From NCBI GenBank assembly GCA_050014195.1, contig JBEKDT010000017.1, forward strand, positions 1-64,000: a stretch of DNA of 64,000 nucleotides, in the 5' to 3' direction. The notes under the pieces were generated by a model that saw only the letters and a program-made list of their open reading frames with translations, had not been told where the DNA came from and made no database searches. Below are positions 9,710 through 18,832 of the stretch, one piece after another. Every line of letters begins with the position of its first letter. The first letter of the stretch is position 1. This DNA is from Desulfomonilia bacterium (GTDB taxonomy: Bacteria; Desulfobacterota; Desulfomonilia; UBA1062). Position numbers and translations under genes: made by a program.

Positions 9710-10654
9710 ATGGGTACAAGAAACATAAGCCATAGGGCATATTACACGGGTAAGTACCACTTGCTGTTCCAGACAGCAGTCATCCTTGCGGGAATGGGCG
9801 GTTTATTCGGTCTGCTCGGTTGGATGATCTTCGGGACAACGGGGTTGGTTTGGGCCCTTCTGGTGGTTTCATTACTCTTCCTTTCAACGCCCAGGGTATC
9901 CCCCTGGATGGTGCTCAAAATGTACAGGGCACGGCAACTTTCATATGATGAAGCCCCCGGACTTTTTGAGATTGTTTCGGATCTCTCCCACAGGGCTGAC
10001 CTTCCGGCTTATCCACTCTTGTACTATGTGCCAAGCCGGATAATGAACGCATTCAGTGTGGGCTCAGCCAAGAGTTCTGCCATTGCAGTGTCAGACGGCA
10101 TCCTTAGATACTTAGATCGGCGTGAGATTTCTGGTGTGCTGGCCCATGAGATAACCCACATCAAGAATAATGATCTCAGGCTCCATGCCCTGGCTGATCT
10201 CATGACAAGGGTTACGAGCACATTTTCATTTCTTGGGCAGGTGCTCATCATTATTTACCTCCCTTTGGCCATGTTCGCAAAGACGGATATCCCGCTTATC
10301 CCGATCCTCCTGCTTATTTTTGCCCCTTCCTTGAGCATGTTGCTCCAACTTGCCCTATCCCGGACACGCGAGTTTGATGCCGATCTTGGGGCTGCAGGGC
10401 TGACAGGTGACCCCATGGGCCTTGCCTCTGCCTTGCAGAAAATGGACCGGCACGAGCGGAGCATCTGGGATTTCGTATATCTACCGGGGCGGAAACAACC
10501 ACATCCGTCATTGTTAAGGACACACCCTCATACGAGGGAACGTCTCGAGAGGCTCTCATCTCTTGCTGGCTATGATGAAAAACACATAATCGATAAAGAT
10601 ACACAAGGTAAGATAGATAACAGTATTTTCCGCCTTGAGCGGATGCATGAATAG
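9710..10654 (+). CDS. M48 zinc metalloprotease, HtpX-like
   Basis: NAF, LAHEITH (HExxH), SRTREFDAD and THP motifs; TM segments. Confidence 0.88.
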   Translation: MGTRNISHRAYYTGKYHLLFQTAVILAGMGGLFGLLGWMIFGTTGLVWALLVVSLLFLSTPRVSPWMVLKMYRARQLSYDEAPGLFEIVSDLSHRADLPAYPLLYYVPSRIMNAFSVGSAKSSAIAVSDGILRYLDRREISGVLAHEITHIKNNDLRLHALADLMTRVTSTFSFLGQVLIIIYLPLAMFAKTDIPLIPILLLIFAPSLSMLLQLALSRTREFDADLGAAGLTGDPMGLASALQKMDRHERSIWDFVYLPGRKQPHPSLLRTHPHTRERLERLSSLAGYDEKHIIDKDTQGKIDNSIFRLERMHE

Positions 10655-10828
10655 AACCCATACAGAGCGTTGTATTGACCAATGGGGTATAGGTGAGATA
10701 AACTCGCTTATCAACACCATACAGCCCGGTTTGACATGAGAGAGCTTTTAATGCTATGTCTTGCCGGACTGTTTTACGAGGTCCTCACGGAAATATTCCA
10801 AGAAATTCAAAGCAAAGGGGAGGAAGGA

Positions 10829-11941
10829 ATGAAGAGATCACTGATATTCTTAATGGCAACCGCTTTCATACTGTTCACTGGTTCGGCCTTTGCGGCCGAT
10901 ACGGTCAAGCTCGGTGTTGCAGGGGCTCACAGCGGAGATCTTGCATCCTACGGGCTGCCTACACTGAATGCAGCGAAGCTCGTGGTGGGTGATGTGAATG
11001 CCAAGGGCGGTGTCCTGGGTAAGAAGGTAGAGATCCTTCCGGCGGACGATGTCTGCAAGCCCGAGGTGGCTGCCAATGTTGCAAGCAAGCTCGTATCCGA
11101 TGGCGCGAATGTCGTACTCGGCCATATCTGCAGCGGCGCTACCAAGGCTGCACTCAATACCTACAAAGAGGCCAAGATCGTGGTCATATCGCCTTCCGCC
11201 ACGAACGTTGACCTTACCAAGAGCGGCGATTATCCGAATTTTTTCCGCACCATATCCCCGGATGATTCCCAGGCAAAACTCGAGGTTGACTTCGCCTTGA
11301 ACAAACTCAAGGTAAAAAAGGTCGCCGTCATCCATGACAAGGGTGACTATGGCAAGGGTCTTGCCGAGTTTGCCAAGGCGGATTTTGAAAAACGGGGCAT
11401 CAATCCTGTGCTGTTTGAAGGTATAACCCCGGGTGCGGTGGACTACTCTGCTATTGTTCAGAAGATCAAGAACTCCGGCGCGGATGCGGTTATCTATGGA
11501 GGATATCATCCTGAGGCAGCAAAGATCGTCAGCGCCATGAAGAAAAAGAAGATGAAGACCTTTTTCATCTCTGATGATGGTGTGAAAGACGATACCTTCA
11601 TCAAGGTCGCCGGCCAGTTTGCCGAGGGCGTCTATGCCACCGGGCCCATGGATACATCCAAGAACCCCATGGCTATAGCAGCCATCGATCAGCACAAAAA
11701 AGTATACGGTTCAGACCCGGGCGCATTCTACCTGAATGCATATGCCGCCACCATATGCCTGCTTCAGGCCATTGATAAGGCCGGATCTACCAATATAGAT
11801 GCAGTATCGAAGGCACTGCGCACCAACTGGTTCGAGACACCGCTTGGCAAAATCAGCTTCGACGAACGCGGCGATGCCAAAGGGATAGGCTTCTCAATGT
11901 ACGAGGTCGAGAAGGGCAAGTATGTTGAGGTCGGCAAGTAA
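10829..11941 (+). CDS. livK: Branched-chain amino acid ABC transporter substrate-binding protein
   Basis: Signal peptide; GHICSGAT, SPSAT, HDKGDYGKGLAE and YGGYHPEAA; first gene of the liv operon. Confidence 0.9.
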   Translation: MKRSLIFLMATAFILFTGSAFAADTVKLGVAGAHSGDLASYGLPTLNAAKLVVGDVNAKGGVLGKKVEILPADDVCKPEVAANVASKLVSDGANVVLGHICSGATKAALNTYKEAKIVVISPSATNVDLTKSGDYPNFFRTISPDDSQAKLEVDFALNKLKVKKVAVIHDKGDYGKGLAEFAKADFEKRGINPVLFEGITPGAVDYSAIVQKIKNSGADAVIYGGYHPEAAKIVSAMKKKKMKTFFISDDGVKDDTFIKVAGQFAEGVYATGPMDTSKNPMAIAAIDQHKKVYGSDPGAFYLNAYAATICLLQAIDKAGSTNIDAVSKALRTNWFETPLGKISFDERGDAKGIGFSMYEVEKGKYVEVGK

Positions 11942-11955
11942 CATATAAAAATCTT

Positions 11956-11988
11956 AGGAAAGGGAGCAGTAAACCTGCTCCCTTTCCT
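11956..11988 (+). terminator. Intra-operonic stem-loop after livK (terminator or mRNA stabiliser)
   Basis: aggaaagggagcag-taaac-ctgctccctttcct forms a perfect 14-bp stem. Confidence 0.65.
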
Positions 11989-12020
11989 TTCCTCATAAGA
12001 GCTTATCATCCAAGGCATAC

Positions 12021-12920
12021 ATGGACTACTTCTTAGAACTCTTCGTCGGCGGACTCACCCGGGGAAGCATTTATGCGCTCATTGCCCTGGGCTATACTAT
12101 GGTCTACGGCATCATCGAGCTGATCAACTTTGCCCACGGAGAGATCTACATGATCGGTGCCTTTACGGCACTGATTGTGGCCAGCGCCCTTTCACTCTTA
12201 GGTATGAGCGGCTGGTCTTTACTTATGCTTGCAGGGGTTATAGCCGTAATATACTCGGCCGCCTATGGATTCACCCTGGAGAAGATCGCTTACAAGCCTT
12301 TACGCAAGGCCCAGAGGCTTTCACCGCTCATCAGCGCCATCGGCATGTCCATCTTTCTGCAGAACTATGTATTATTAGCCCAGACATCCGATTTCCTCTC
12401 GTTCCCTGCGCTTATCAAAGAGTTCTCGTTTATGGAGAATGTCACTATCATGCGCTCCTCAGAACTTGTGATTTTTATTACAACGGCAATAGCTACTATA
12501 CTGCTCAGCCTTTTCATCAAATTTACCCGCATGGGTAAGGCCATGCGCGCCGTGGCCCAGGACAAGACCATGGCAATGCTGTTGGGGGTGAACGTGAACC
12601 GGGTCATCTCCGTTACCTTCATCATCGGAAGCGCCCTGGCAGCGGTAGGCGGTGTGCTCATCTCGTCGCACATCGGGCAAATCAACTTCTATATCGGCTT
12701 TATCGCAGGCATCAAGGCCTTTACCGCAGCCGTATTGGGCGGCATAGGAAGCGTCCCCGGAGCCGTGCTCGGAGGTTTGGTGCTTGGGTGGACCGAGAGC
12801 TTTGCCACAGGCTATGTATCGAGCGACTATGAGGATGTGTTTGCATTCGGTCTGCTTGTGTTCATTCTCATCTTCAGACCCTCAGGCATTCTCGGAAAGA
12901 CCTCTTCGGAAAAGGTGTAG
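12021..12920 (+). CDS. livH: BCAA ABC transporter permease
   Basis: GSIYALIALGYTMVYGIIELINFAHGE and KAFTAAVLGGIG. Confidence 0.95.
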   Translation: MDYFLELFVGGLTRGSIYALIALGYTMVYGIIELINFAHGEIYMIGAFTALIVASALSLLGMSGWSLLMLAGVIAVIYSAAYGFTLEKIAYKPLRKAQRLSPLISAIGMSIFLQNYVLLAQTSDFLSFPALIKEFSFMENVTIMRSSELVIFITTAIATILLSLFIKFTRMGKAMRAVAQDKTMAMLLGVNVNRVISVTFIIGSALAAVGGVLISSHIGQINFYIGFIAGIKAFTAAVLGGIGSVPGAVLGGLVLGWTESFATGYVSSDYEDVFAFGLLVFILIFRPSGILGKTSSEKV

Positions 12921-12931
12921 ATAGATCATCC

Positions 12932-14182
12932 ATGGATACCGACCTGAAGCCTTTTTTGCAGCGTATCCTCAATGAGATACGAAAATCGAGTGCTGTTGCA
13001 CTATGGTTTATGTTTCTTACCTTCCCCATCATGGTCATGAAGGTCAACCCCCTGGATAAGACACTGAAGTGGCGCTGGATGAATATGGTGTATGTGGGTA
13101 TTGGTGCCTTTTTCCTCTCATTTATCTGGCGATACCTTTTAGAGCGCAAGGAGATGGGGGCAGCCAAGGATGAGGCTGAGACCTGGCAGAAGAGGGCAGG
13201 CAAGCTCATCCGGTCGGATAAGCGAATTTCTATACCATGCACGGTCGGCTTAATCATCTTTGCCGTGAGTTTCCCGTTCCTGTTTTCAAGCTACCAGACC
13301 TCCATCATGATCACAGCGCTCATGTATGTGATGCTGGGGTTGGGACTCAACATCGTGGTGGGGCTGGCCGGCCTGCTCGATCTTGGTTATGTGGCCTTTT
13401 ATGCCGTGGGTGCATATTTCTATGCCTTGATGAACCACCATTTCGGGCTTGGTTTCTGGGTGGCCCTGCCGCTGGCAGGGGGCTTGGCAGCCACATTCGG
13501 TATCCTCTTAGGCTTCCCGGTGCTCCGCCTGCGGGGCGACTACCTGGCCATTGTCACCTTGGGCTTTGGTGAGATCATAAGACTTATCCTGGAAAACTGG
13601 AATGAGTTATCCTACGGACCTAGTGGAATTGCCGGGATATCCAGACCGGCTACTTTTGGCATAAATCTGACCCTTCAGCAGCATATGATCTACCTCTATT
13701 ATATCATGATCTGTTTAGTGATCTTTACGATGCTTGTGGTGAGCAGGCTCAGAAATTCCCGGATCGGCAGGGCATGGATAGCTCTTCGTGAAGACGAAGT
13801 GGCCTGCCAGGCCATGGGCATTGACAAGACCAAAACGAAGCTCACGGCCTTTGCCCTGGGGGCAACATGGGCGGGTTTTGTCGGCTGCATCCTGGCTGCC
13901 AAGACCACCTTTATCAACCCGGCAAGCTTCACCTTCATGGAATCGGCCATGATACTGTCTATCGTGGTGCTGGGCGGTATGGGTTCCATTGTGGGGGTGG
14001 TAGTGGGCGCCTTCATCCTTATCCTTCTGCCGGAGTATTTGCGGGCCTTCTCGCAGTACCGCATGCTTGCCTTTGGTGCCAGCATGGTGCTCATCATGGT
14101 ATTCAGGCCCCAGGGCATTATCAGCGGCATTAGGCAGCGCTATGAGTTCCATAAAGGACTCAGTAAGGGAGAGGCGCTATGA
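12932..14182 (+). CDS. livM: BCAA ABC transporter permease
   Basis: GLNIVVGLAGLLDLGYVAFYAVGAY and LRLRGDYLAIVTLGFGEIIR. Confidence 0.95.
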   Translation: MDTDLKPFLQRILNEIRKSSAVALWFMFLTFPIMVMKVNPLDKTLKWRWMNMVYVGIGAFFLSFIWRYLLERKEMGAAKDEAETWQKRAGKLIRSDKRISIPCTVGLIIFAVSFPFLFSSYQTSIMITALMYVMLGLGLNIVVGLAGLLDLGYVAFYAVGAYFYALMNHHFGLGFWVALPLAGGLAATFGILLGFPVLRLRGDYLAIVTLGFGEIIRLILENWNELSYGPSGIAGISRPATFGINLTLQQHMIYLYYIMICLVIFTMLVVSRLRNSRIGRAWIALREDEVACQAMGIDKTKTKLTAFALGATWAGFVGCILAAKTTFINPASFTFMESAMILSIVVLGGMGSIVGVVVGAFILILLPEYLRAFSQYRMLAFGASMVLIMVFRPQGIISGIRQRYEFHKGLSKGEAL

Positions 14183-14976
14183 CAGCCACGATGCCGGTGC
14201 TCGATATCAGAGGACTCACCATGGACTTTGGTGGGCTGCGCGCGCTTGATAACATAAGCATCCAGGTGAACAAAGGTGAGATCGTAGCCTTGATAGGGCC
14301 CAATGGTGCAGGCAAGACGACCTTTTTTAATTGTATCACAGGAATGTACGAGCCCACAAAGGGTGATATGATCATCGCCCCCCCCGGCAAGGCAGAACAG
14401 AGACTCAATAAGCTCAAGCCGAACATAGTAACGGCGCACGGACTGGCGCGAACCTTTCAAAACATAAGGCTCTTCCAGAGGATGACCGTGCTTGAAAACG
14501 TTATGGTTGCCAGGCATTGCAGGACCTTCTCGGGCATTGCAGGCGCCATACTTCGGGACAAGAGGACACAAAGGGAAGAGAACGACATGGTAGAGTTCTC
14601 TTACAAGATGCTCGAGAAAGTTGGCCTGAGCAGATATGTAAACGAGCTGGCCCATGAGCTTCCCTATGGTGCCCAGAGGCGGCTCGAGATAGCCCGGGCA
14701 ATGGCTACCGAGCCGTTTCTGCTCCTGCTGGATGAACCGGCAGCTGGAATGAATCCCAAGGAAACGAGCGAGCTCGACCAGCTTATCACCAAGATCCGGA
14801 ATGAAGAGGGGATAGCCATCCTGCTCATCGAGCATGACATGAAGCTTGTCATGAGTATTTCAGAGAGGATCTATGTGCTGGACTACGGGCAGATGATCGC
14901 CCATGGAACACCGAAAGAGGTCTCGGATAATCCGGATGTGATCAAGGCATATCTGGGGGAGGCCTTTGATGCTTAA
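14179..14976 (+). CDS. livG: BCAA ABC transporter ATP-binding protein
   Basis: GPNGAGKTT, ARTFQNIRLF, LPYGAQRRLEIARA and LLDEPAAG. Confidence 0.95.
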   Translation: MTATMPVLDIRGLTMDFGGLRALDNISIQVNKGEIVALIGPNGAGKTTFFNCITGMYEPTKGDMIIAPPGKAEQRLNKLKPNIVTAHGLARTFQNIRLFQRMTVLENVMVARHCRTFSGIAGAILRDKRTQREENDMVEFSYKMLEKVGLSRYVNELAHELPYGAQRRLEIARAMATEPFLLLLDEPAAGMNPKETSELDQLITKIRNEEGIAILLIEHDMKLVMSISERIYVLDYGQMIAHGTPKEVSDNPDVIKAYLGEAFDA

Positions 14977-15676
14977 GATAAAAAATCTTCACACCTACTA
15001 TGGCGGCATACATGCATTAAAGAGTATTTCTCTGGAGCTTACCCAAGGCGAGATCGTGACCTTGATCGGGGCCAATGGTGCCGGCAAGTCCACGACCCTC
15101 ATGTCCATCTGCGGCATTGTCCCGCCGCGCTACGGTGAGATCCACTTCATGGGCCAGCCTATCCAGAATATGAACCCGGACAAGATATTTGCACTCGGCA
15201 TCGTGCAGGTCCCGGAGGGCAGGAGGATATTCCCCCAATTAACAGTCACGGAAAATCTTGATATGGGGGCATACCTCAGGAAGGACAAGGCAGGCATCAA
15301 ACAGGATATGGACTATATCTTCAATCTCTTCCCGCGCCTGGCCGAACGGCGCCACCAGTTCGGAGGAACACTAAGCGGCGGCGAGCAGCAGATGCTCGCC
15401 ATATCGCGCGGGCTCATGAGCAGGCCTAAGCTGCTGCTGCTCGACGAGCCGTCGCTGGGCCTGGCGCCGGTGCTCGTACAACTTATCTTCGAGACGATCC
15501 AAAAAATCAATAGAGAGAACAAGACCACGATCTTCCTTGTTGAACAGAACGCAAACATGGCGCTTCGCATAGCGCACCGCGGCTATGTCATGGAGAGTGG
15601 CACCATTGCACTTGAGGACTCCGCATCAAATTTGCTGAAGAGCGAGAAGATCAAGGCGGCGTATTTGGGGTTGTAA
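14969..15676 (+). CDS. livF: BCAA ABC transporter ATP-binding protein
   Basis: GANGAGKST, VPEGRRIF, LSGGEQQMLAI and DEPSLGLAP. Confidence 0.95.
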   Translation: MLKIKNLHTYYGGIHALKSISLELTQGEIVTLIGANGAGKSTTLMSICGIVPPRYGEIHFMGQPIQNMNPDKIFALGIVQVPEGRRIFPQLTVTENLDMGAYLRKDKAGIKQDMDYIFNLFPRLAERRHQFGGTLSGGEQQMLAISRGLMSRPKLLLLDEPSLGLAPVLVQLIFETIQKINRENKTTIFLVEQNANMALRIAHRGYVMESGTIALEDSASNLLKSEKIKAAYLGL

Positions 15677-15685
15677 ATGTTGCTT

Positions 15686-15854
15686 GTAGGAGCGGCTTCA
15701 GCCGCGATTTTTTCCTAATCATGATCACATGATGATCGCACCTGAAGATGCTCCTACAGATGTTGTATTACCCACCGCGGTGTACAAGCGGATTTGTCCG
15801 CGACTGACATGAAGTGATCGCGAGAAACATAATCGCCATTAAAATCGCTCCTAC
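15686..15854. repeat. Cluster of four 22-bp GTAG-family REP elements (two inverted doublets, REPIN-like)
   Basis: gtaggagcggcttcagccgcga 15686-15707; inverse copy 15736-15757; gtacaagcggatttgtccgcga 15782-15803; inverse copy 15833-15854. Confidence 0.8.
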
Positions 15855-15914
15855 GAATGCAGTCCATTCCCCGTTCGATTTGCTTTTGAATGCCGCATAC
15901 GTTATGATTGCTGA

Positions 15915-16358
15915 ATGATGCGAAACAATAAGCTGCCGCCGGACATTCTTGATAAAATCCCGTCCTTGATCGGGAAGCTTCAGGATATCGACTCCATTGA
16001 TGCGCTTTATCTTTTCGGAAGCGCGGCAAAGAAAAACCTGAAACCATTGAGCGACATTGATATTGCAGTTCTCATTAGTGATGAGCTTAACAAAGATGAG
16101 ATTGAAAGCATCAAGCTTGCATTAATAGGATTGATAGCAGGTACACTTTCGACCGAGGAGTTTGACCTGGTAATTCTCAACGATGCCCCCATCAGATTTT
16201 CATATATTATTTTGAAGGATGGGGATCTGGTTTTTGTGAAGAATGAAAGTCACCTCATAGAGTTCCGGGAAAAGGTTGTGAAATATTACCTGGATTTTTC
16301 ATACTATCTCAAGAAGTTCAACAAGGCGTTTCTTGATGGGGTGGGGTACCATGGATGA
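15915..16358 (+). CDS. mntA: Minimal nucleotidyltransferase antitoxin (type VII TA)
   Basis: LFGS-x10-DID motif (LFGSAAKKNLKPLSDIDIAV) and DLVILNDAP; overlaps the downstream HEPN gene. Confidence 0.9.
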   Translation: MMRNNKLPPDILDKIPSLIGKLQDIDSIDALYLFGSAAKKNLKPLSDIDIAVLISDELNKDEIESIKLALIGLIAGTLSTEEFDLVILNDAPIRFSYIILKDGDLVFVKNESHLIEFREKVVKYYLDFSYYLKKFNKAFLDGVGYHG

Positions 16359-16785
16359 AAAGATTATGGAATGCCTTAAGCTTTTGAAGCGGTATGTCCA
16401 TTATCTTCAGAACATATCAAAAGCTGAGAAGGACAGATTTGTCGATGATTATCTGCTAAGAGGCAGTGCCGAGAGGTATCTTCAGCTTGCAATAGAATGC
16501 TGTATAAATATTGGCAACAGGCTCCTCTCCATATTGCAGATGAAGACACCGGTAAAGACACCGGAGACTTATGGAGATATCTTCCGTGAGATGGCACACC
16601 TGGATATTATACCAACGGATTTTCTGGATATCATCATCAACATGGTCAGGTTCAGGAACAGGATTGTTCATATGTACTGGGATGTGGACCCTGCCCAGCT
16701 TTACGATATACTTCAGGAACACCTTGTTGATTTTGACAGATTCAGCGAGCATGTCATCGATTATCTGAACACAGCGAAAATATAA
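16351..16785 (+). CDS. hepT: HEPN/DUF86 RNase toxin
   Basis: AERYLQLAIECCINI; RNRIVH (Rx4H) followed by MYW, the Tyr position modified by MntA in characterised pairs. Confidence 0.9.
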   Translation: MDEKIMECLKLLKRYVHYLQNISKAEKDRFVDDYLLRGSAERYLQLAIECCINIGNRLLSILQMKTPVKTPETYGDIFREMAHLDIIPTDFLDIIINMVRFRNRIVHMYWDVDPAQLYDILQEHLVDFDRFSEHVIDYLNTAKI

Positions 16786-16798
16786 AAGCCTCCCCCCC

Positions 16799-16877
16799 GT
16801 AGGAGCGATTTTAGTCGCGATTCACCCAAGACCATAGCATCTCCCATGCCGCATTGTAGGGTCGGCTTTAGCAGCGA
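16799..16877. repeat. Two GTAG-family REP elements
   Basis: gtaggagcgattttagtcgcga 16799-16820 and gtagggtcggctttagcagcga 16856-16877. Confidence 0.75.
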
Positions 16878-16940
16878 TTTTTTCCATCACCGGGGGAGGG
16901 CATGGGTAATGGGGATGTCCCAGTTTATTGATATTCTATC

Positions 16941-17263
16941 TCAATGAACCATATTCGCTAGTAACAGCTCTACCTTTTTCACAAATCTAACAGCAAATTC
17001 AAATGCCTGAGCAGCTTCGTCTTTCGATATCAATCCGGTTACTTCATAGATGACCCCGTGTCTTTTGCTCCGCATCTTTTCAAAGAGGTAGATTTCATCC
17101 TTGAATGACTCACCAGGGTAGTCTCTGCAATAAGTACGACGGTCTTGTGTTGTGCCGGTCCGGAGGCCGGTTGGAAACCTTTGGCAAACATAAGTGCATG
17201 CGTTGCCTGAAGAATGGCATTGTATGCCATGCTGAATGCCCAGTTCGAATCTGTAGTGGCCAT
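16941..17263 (-). pseudogene. Frameshifted HEPN-domain gene
   Basis: WAFSMAYNAILQATHALMFAKGF...HKTVV in one frame continues after a shift near 17110 as FKDEIYLFEKMRSKRHGVIYEVTGLISKDEAAQAFEFAVRFV...H*. Confidence 0.72.
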
Positions 17264-17398
17264 GGTATGCGTCTGCCCAATTAAAGATCGTTGGGTCTAA
17301 AGTAACCGGGAGAAGCAGGATGTCTTAAAGACGATCAGGAAGGAGCTTAAAAATCTCTTCCCTGCCGGATAGTAAAAATTTAGAAGGAAATTCTCTCT

Positions 17399-18757
17399 TC
17401 ATTTTGTAACGGTAATGCCGTGCTTCTTGATAAGATCATGCAGGGTCGGCCTGCTTACATCGAGATCTTGAGCGGCCTTGGATATGTTACCTCTATAGCG
17501 TGTAAGGGCGTACCTTATGGCTGAGATTTCAGCCGAATCACGGAATTCTTTGAGAGTTTTCATAGCTTCATCTTTCTCCGTATCGCCAAGGTCAATGTCC
17601 TGAAGCTGGATGTAGTCACCCTCGGCCATTACCACGGCGCGTTTGATCCTGTTCTGCATCTCACGGATGTTGCCCTGCCAGTCATGCATCATCATGGCCT
17701 CTATGGCGGCGGTACTGAATCCTTTGAATCTCGGGCCGATCTCCTTGCTGTATGTATCCAGGAAGTATCTTGCCAGTACCGGGATGTCGTCGGGTCTATC
17801 CTTGAGTGCGGGCATAATAAGGGGAACCACATTGAGCCGGTAGTAAAGATCTTCTCTGAAACGGCGATCCTCCACAGCCTTCTTGAGGTCTACATTGGTG
17901 ACGGCGATCACCCGTGCATCTATTGAAAGGGGTTCCTTACCACCGATCCGGTCAATAGTACCCTCCTGGATAAACCTCAGGAGCTTTACCTGGAGCTGCA
18001 ATGGGAGGTCGCCTATCTCATCGAACACTGCGGTGCCGCCCTGGGCCCTCTCCACTTTACCGATTTGACGGGCATGCGCCCCGGTGAATGATCCTTTTTC
18101 GTGGCCGAATAGCTCGCTCTCCAGCAAATTCTCCGGGATGGAGCCACAGTCGATGATAACCAGCGGCATCTCGGATCGGTCGCTCATGGCATGGATGGCC
18201 TGTGCAAGTCGCTCCTTACCCGTGCCGCTCTCACCCTGGATGAGAACCGGGTAGTCGGTGCGCGCAACCTTCTTGGCCTGCTCGAACAGATCCATCATGG
18301 GCTGTGAGGTGGCCACCATACCGTGAAACTGGAATTCTCCGGAAACCATGCACTGAAGCTCGGATACCTGACTCTCCAGCCGGGACAAATAAACCGCCCT
18401 CTTGATTACGATTCTGAGCTCCTCAAGGTCCACTGGTTTGGTGTGGTAGTCGTATGCACCAAGCGAAACGGCCTTGACGGCATTGTTTTTGTCAGTGTTA
18501 CCGGTGATCACGATGACCTTCGTGTGAGCCTTTTTTCCGATGATTTCCTCGAAGAGCCTTAAACCTTCTTCGGCGCTGTCCGGATACGGCGGAAGTCCAA
18601 GATCCAAGAGTACCACCAAAGGGCTCTCGGTGTTGAGGGTATCCATCGCATCTGCGGCATTTTCAGCAACATAGACATCATAAGTATCGCTCAAGCCCCA
18701 CTTAAGCTGCTTTGCCATACTTGCTTCATCCTCAATGATCAGTATCTTTTCCTTCAT
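17399..18757 (-). CDS. prsR: PEP-CTERM-box sigma-54 response regulator
   Basis: REC domain LLDLGLPP, AAA+ GESGTGKE and GSFTGA, Fis HTH; next to prsK in an exosortase locus. Confidence 0.9.
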   Translation of the reverse strand: MKEKILIIEDEASMAKQLKWGLSDTYDVYVAENAADAMDTLNTESPLVVLLDLGLPPYPDSAEEGLRLFEEIIGKKAHTKVIVITGNTDKNNAVKAVSLGAYDYHTKPVDLEELRIVIKRAVYLSRLESQVSELQCMVSGEFQFHGMVATSQPMMDLFEQAKKVARTDYPVLIQGESGTGKERLAQAIHAMSDRSEMPLVIIDCGSIPENLLESELFGHEKGSFTGAHARQIGKVERAQGGTAVFDEIGDLPLQLQVKLLRFIQEGTIDRIGGKEPLSIDARVIAVTNVDLKKAVEDRRFREDLYYRLNVVPLIMPALKDRPDDIPVLARYFLDTYSKEIGPRFKGFSTAAIEAMMMHDWQGNIREMQNRIKRAVVMAEGDYIQLQDIDLGDTEKDEAMKTLKEFRDSAEISAIRYALTRYRGNISKAAQDLDVSRPTLHDLIKKHGITVTK

Positions 18758-18832
18758 AATTTTAAGCCTCTGGTGCTCAGTCATTTTTGCTATGGATAAT
18801 GGATATCCTAAAGCGCCCAATAACAGCGTGGT

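Noticed and set aside
15686-15854. Possible CRISPR array
   Set aside because: Units alternate in orientation, are 22 bp and degenerate, and no cas genes are present; they fit REP doublets.
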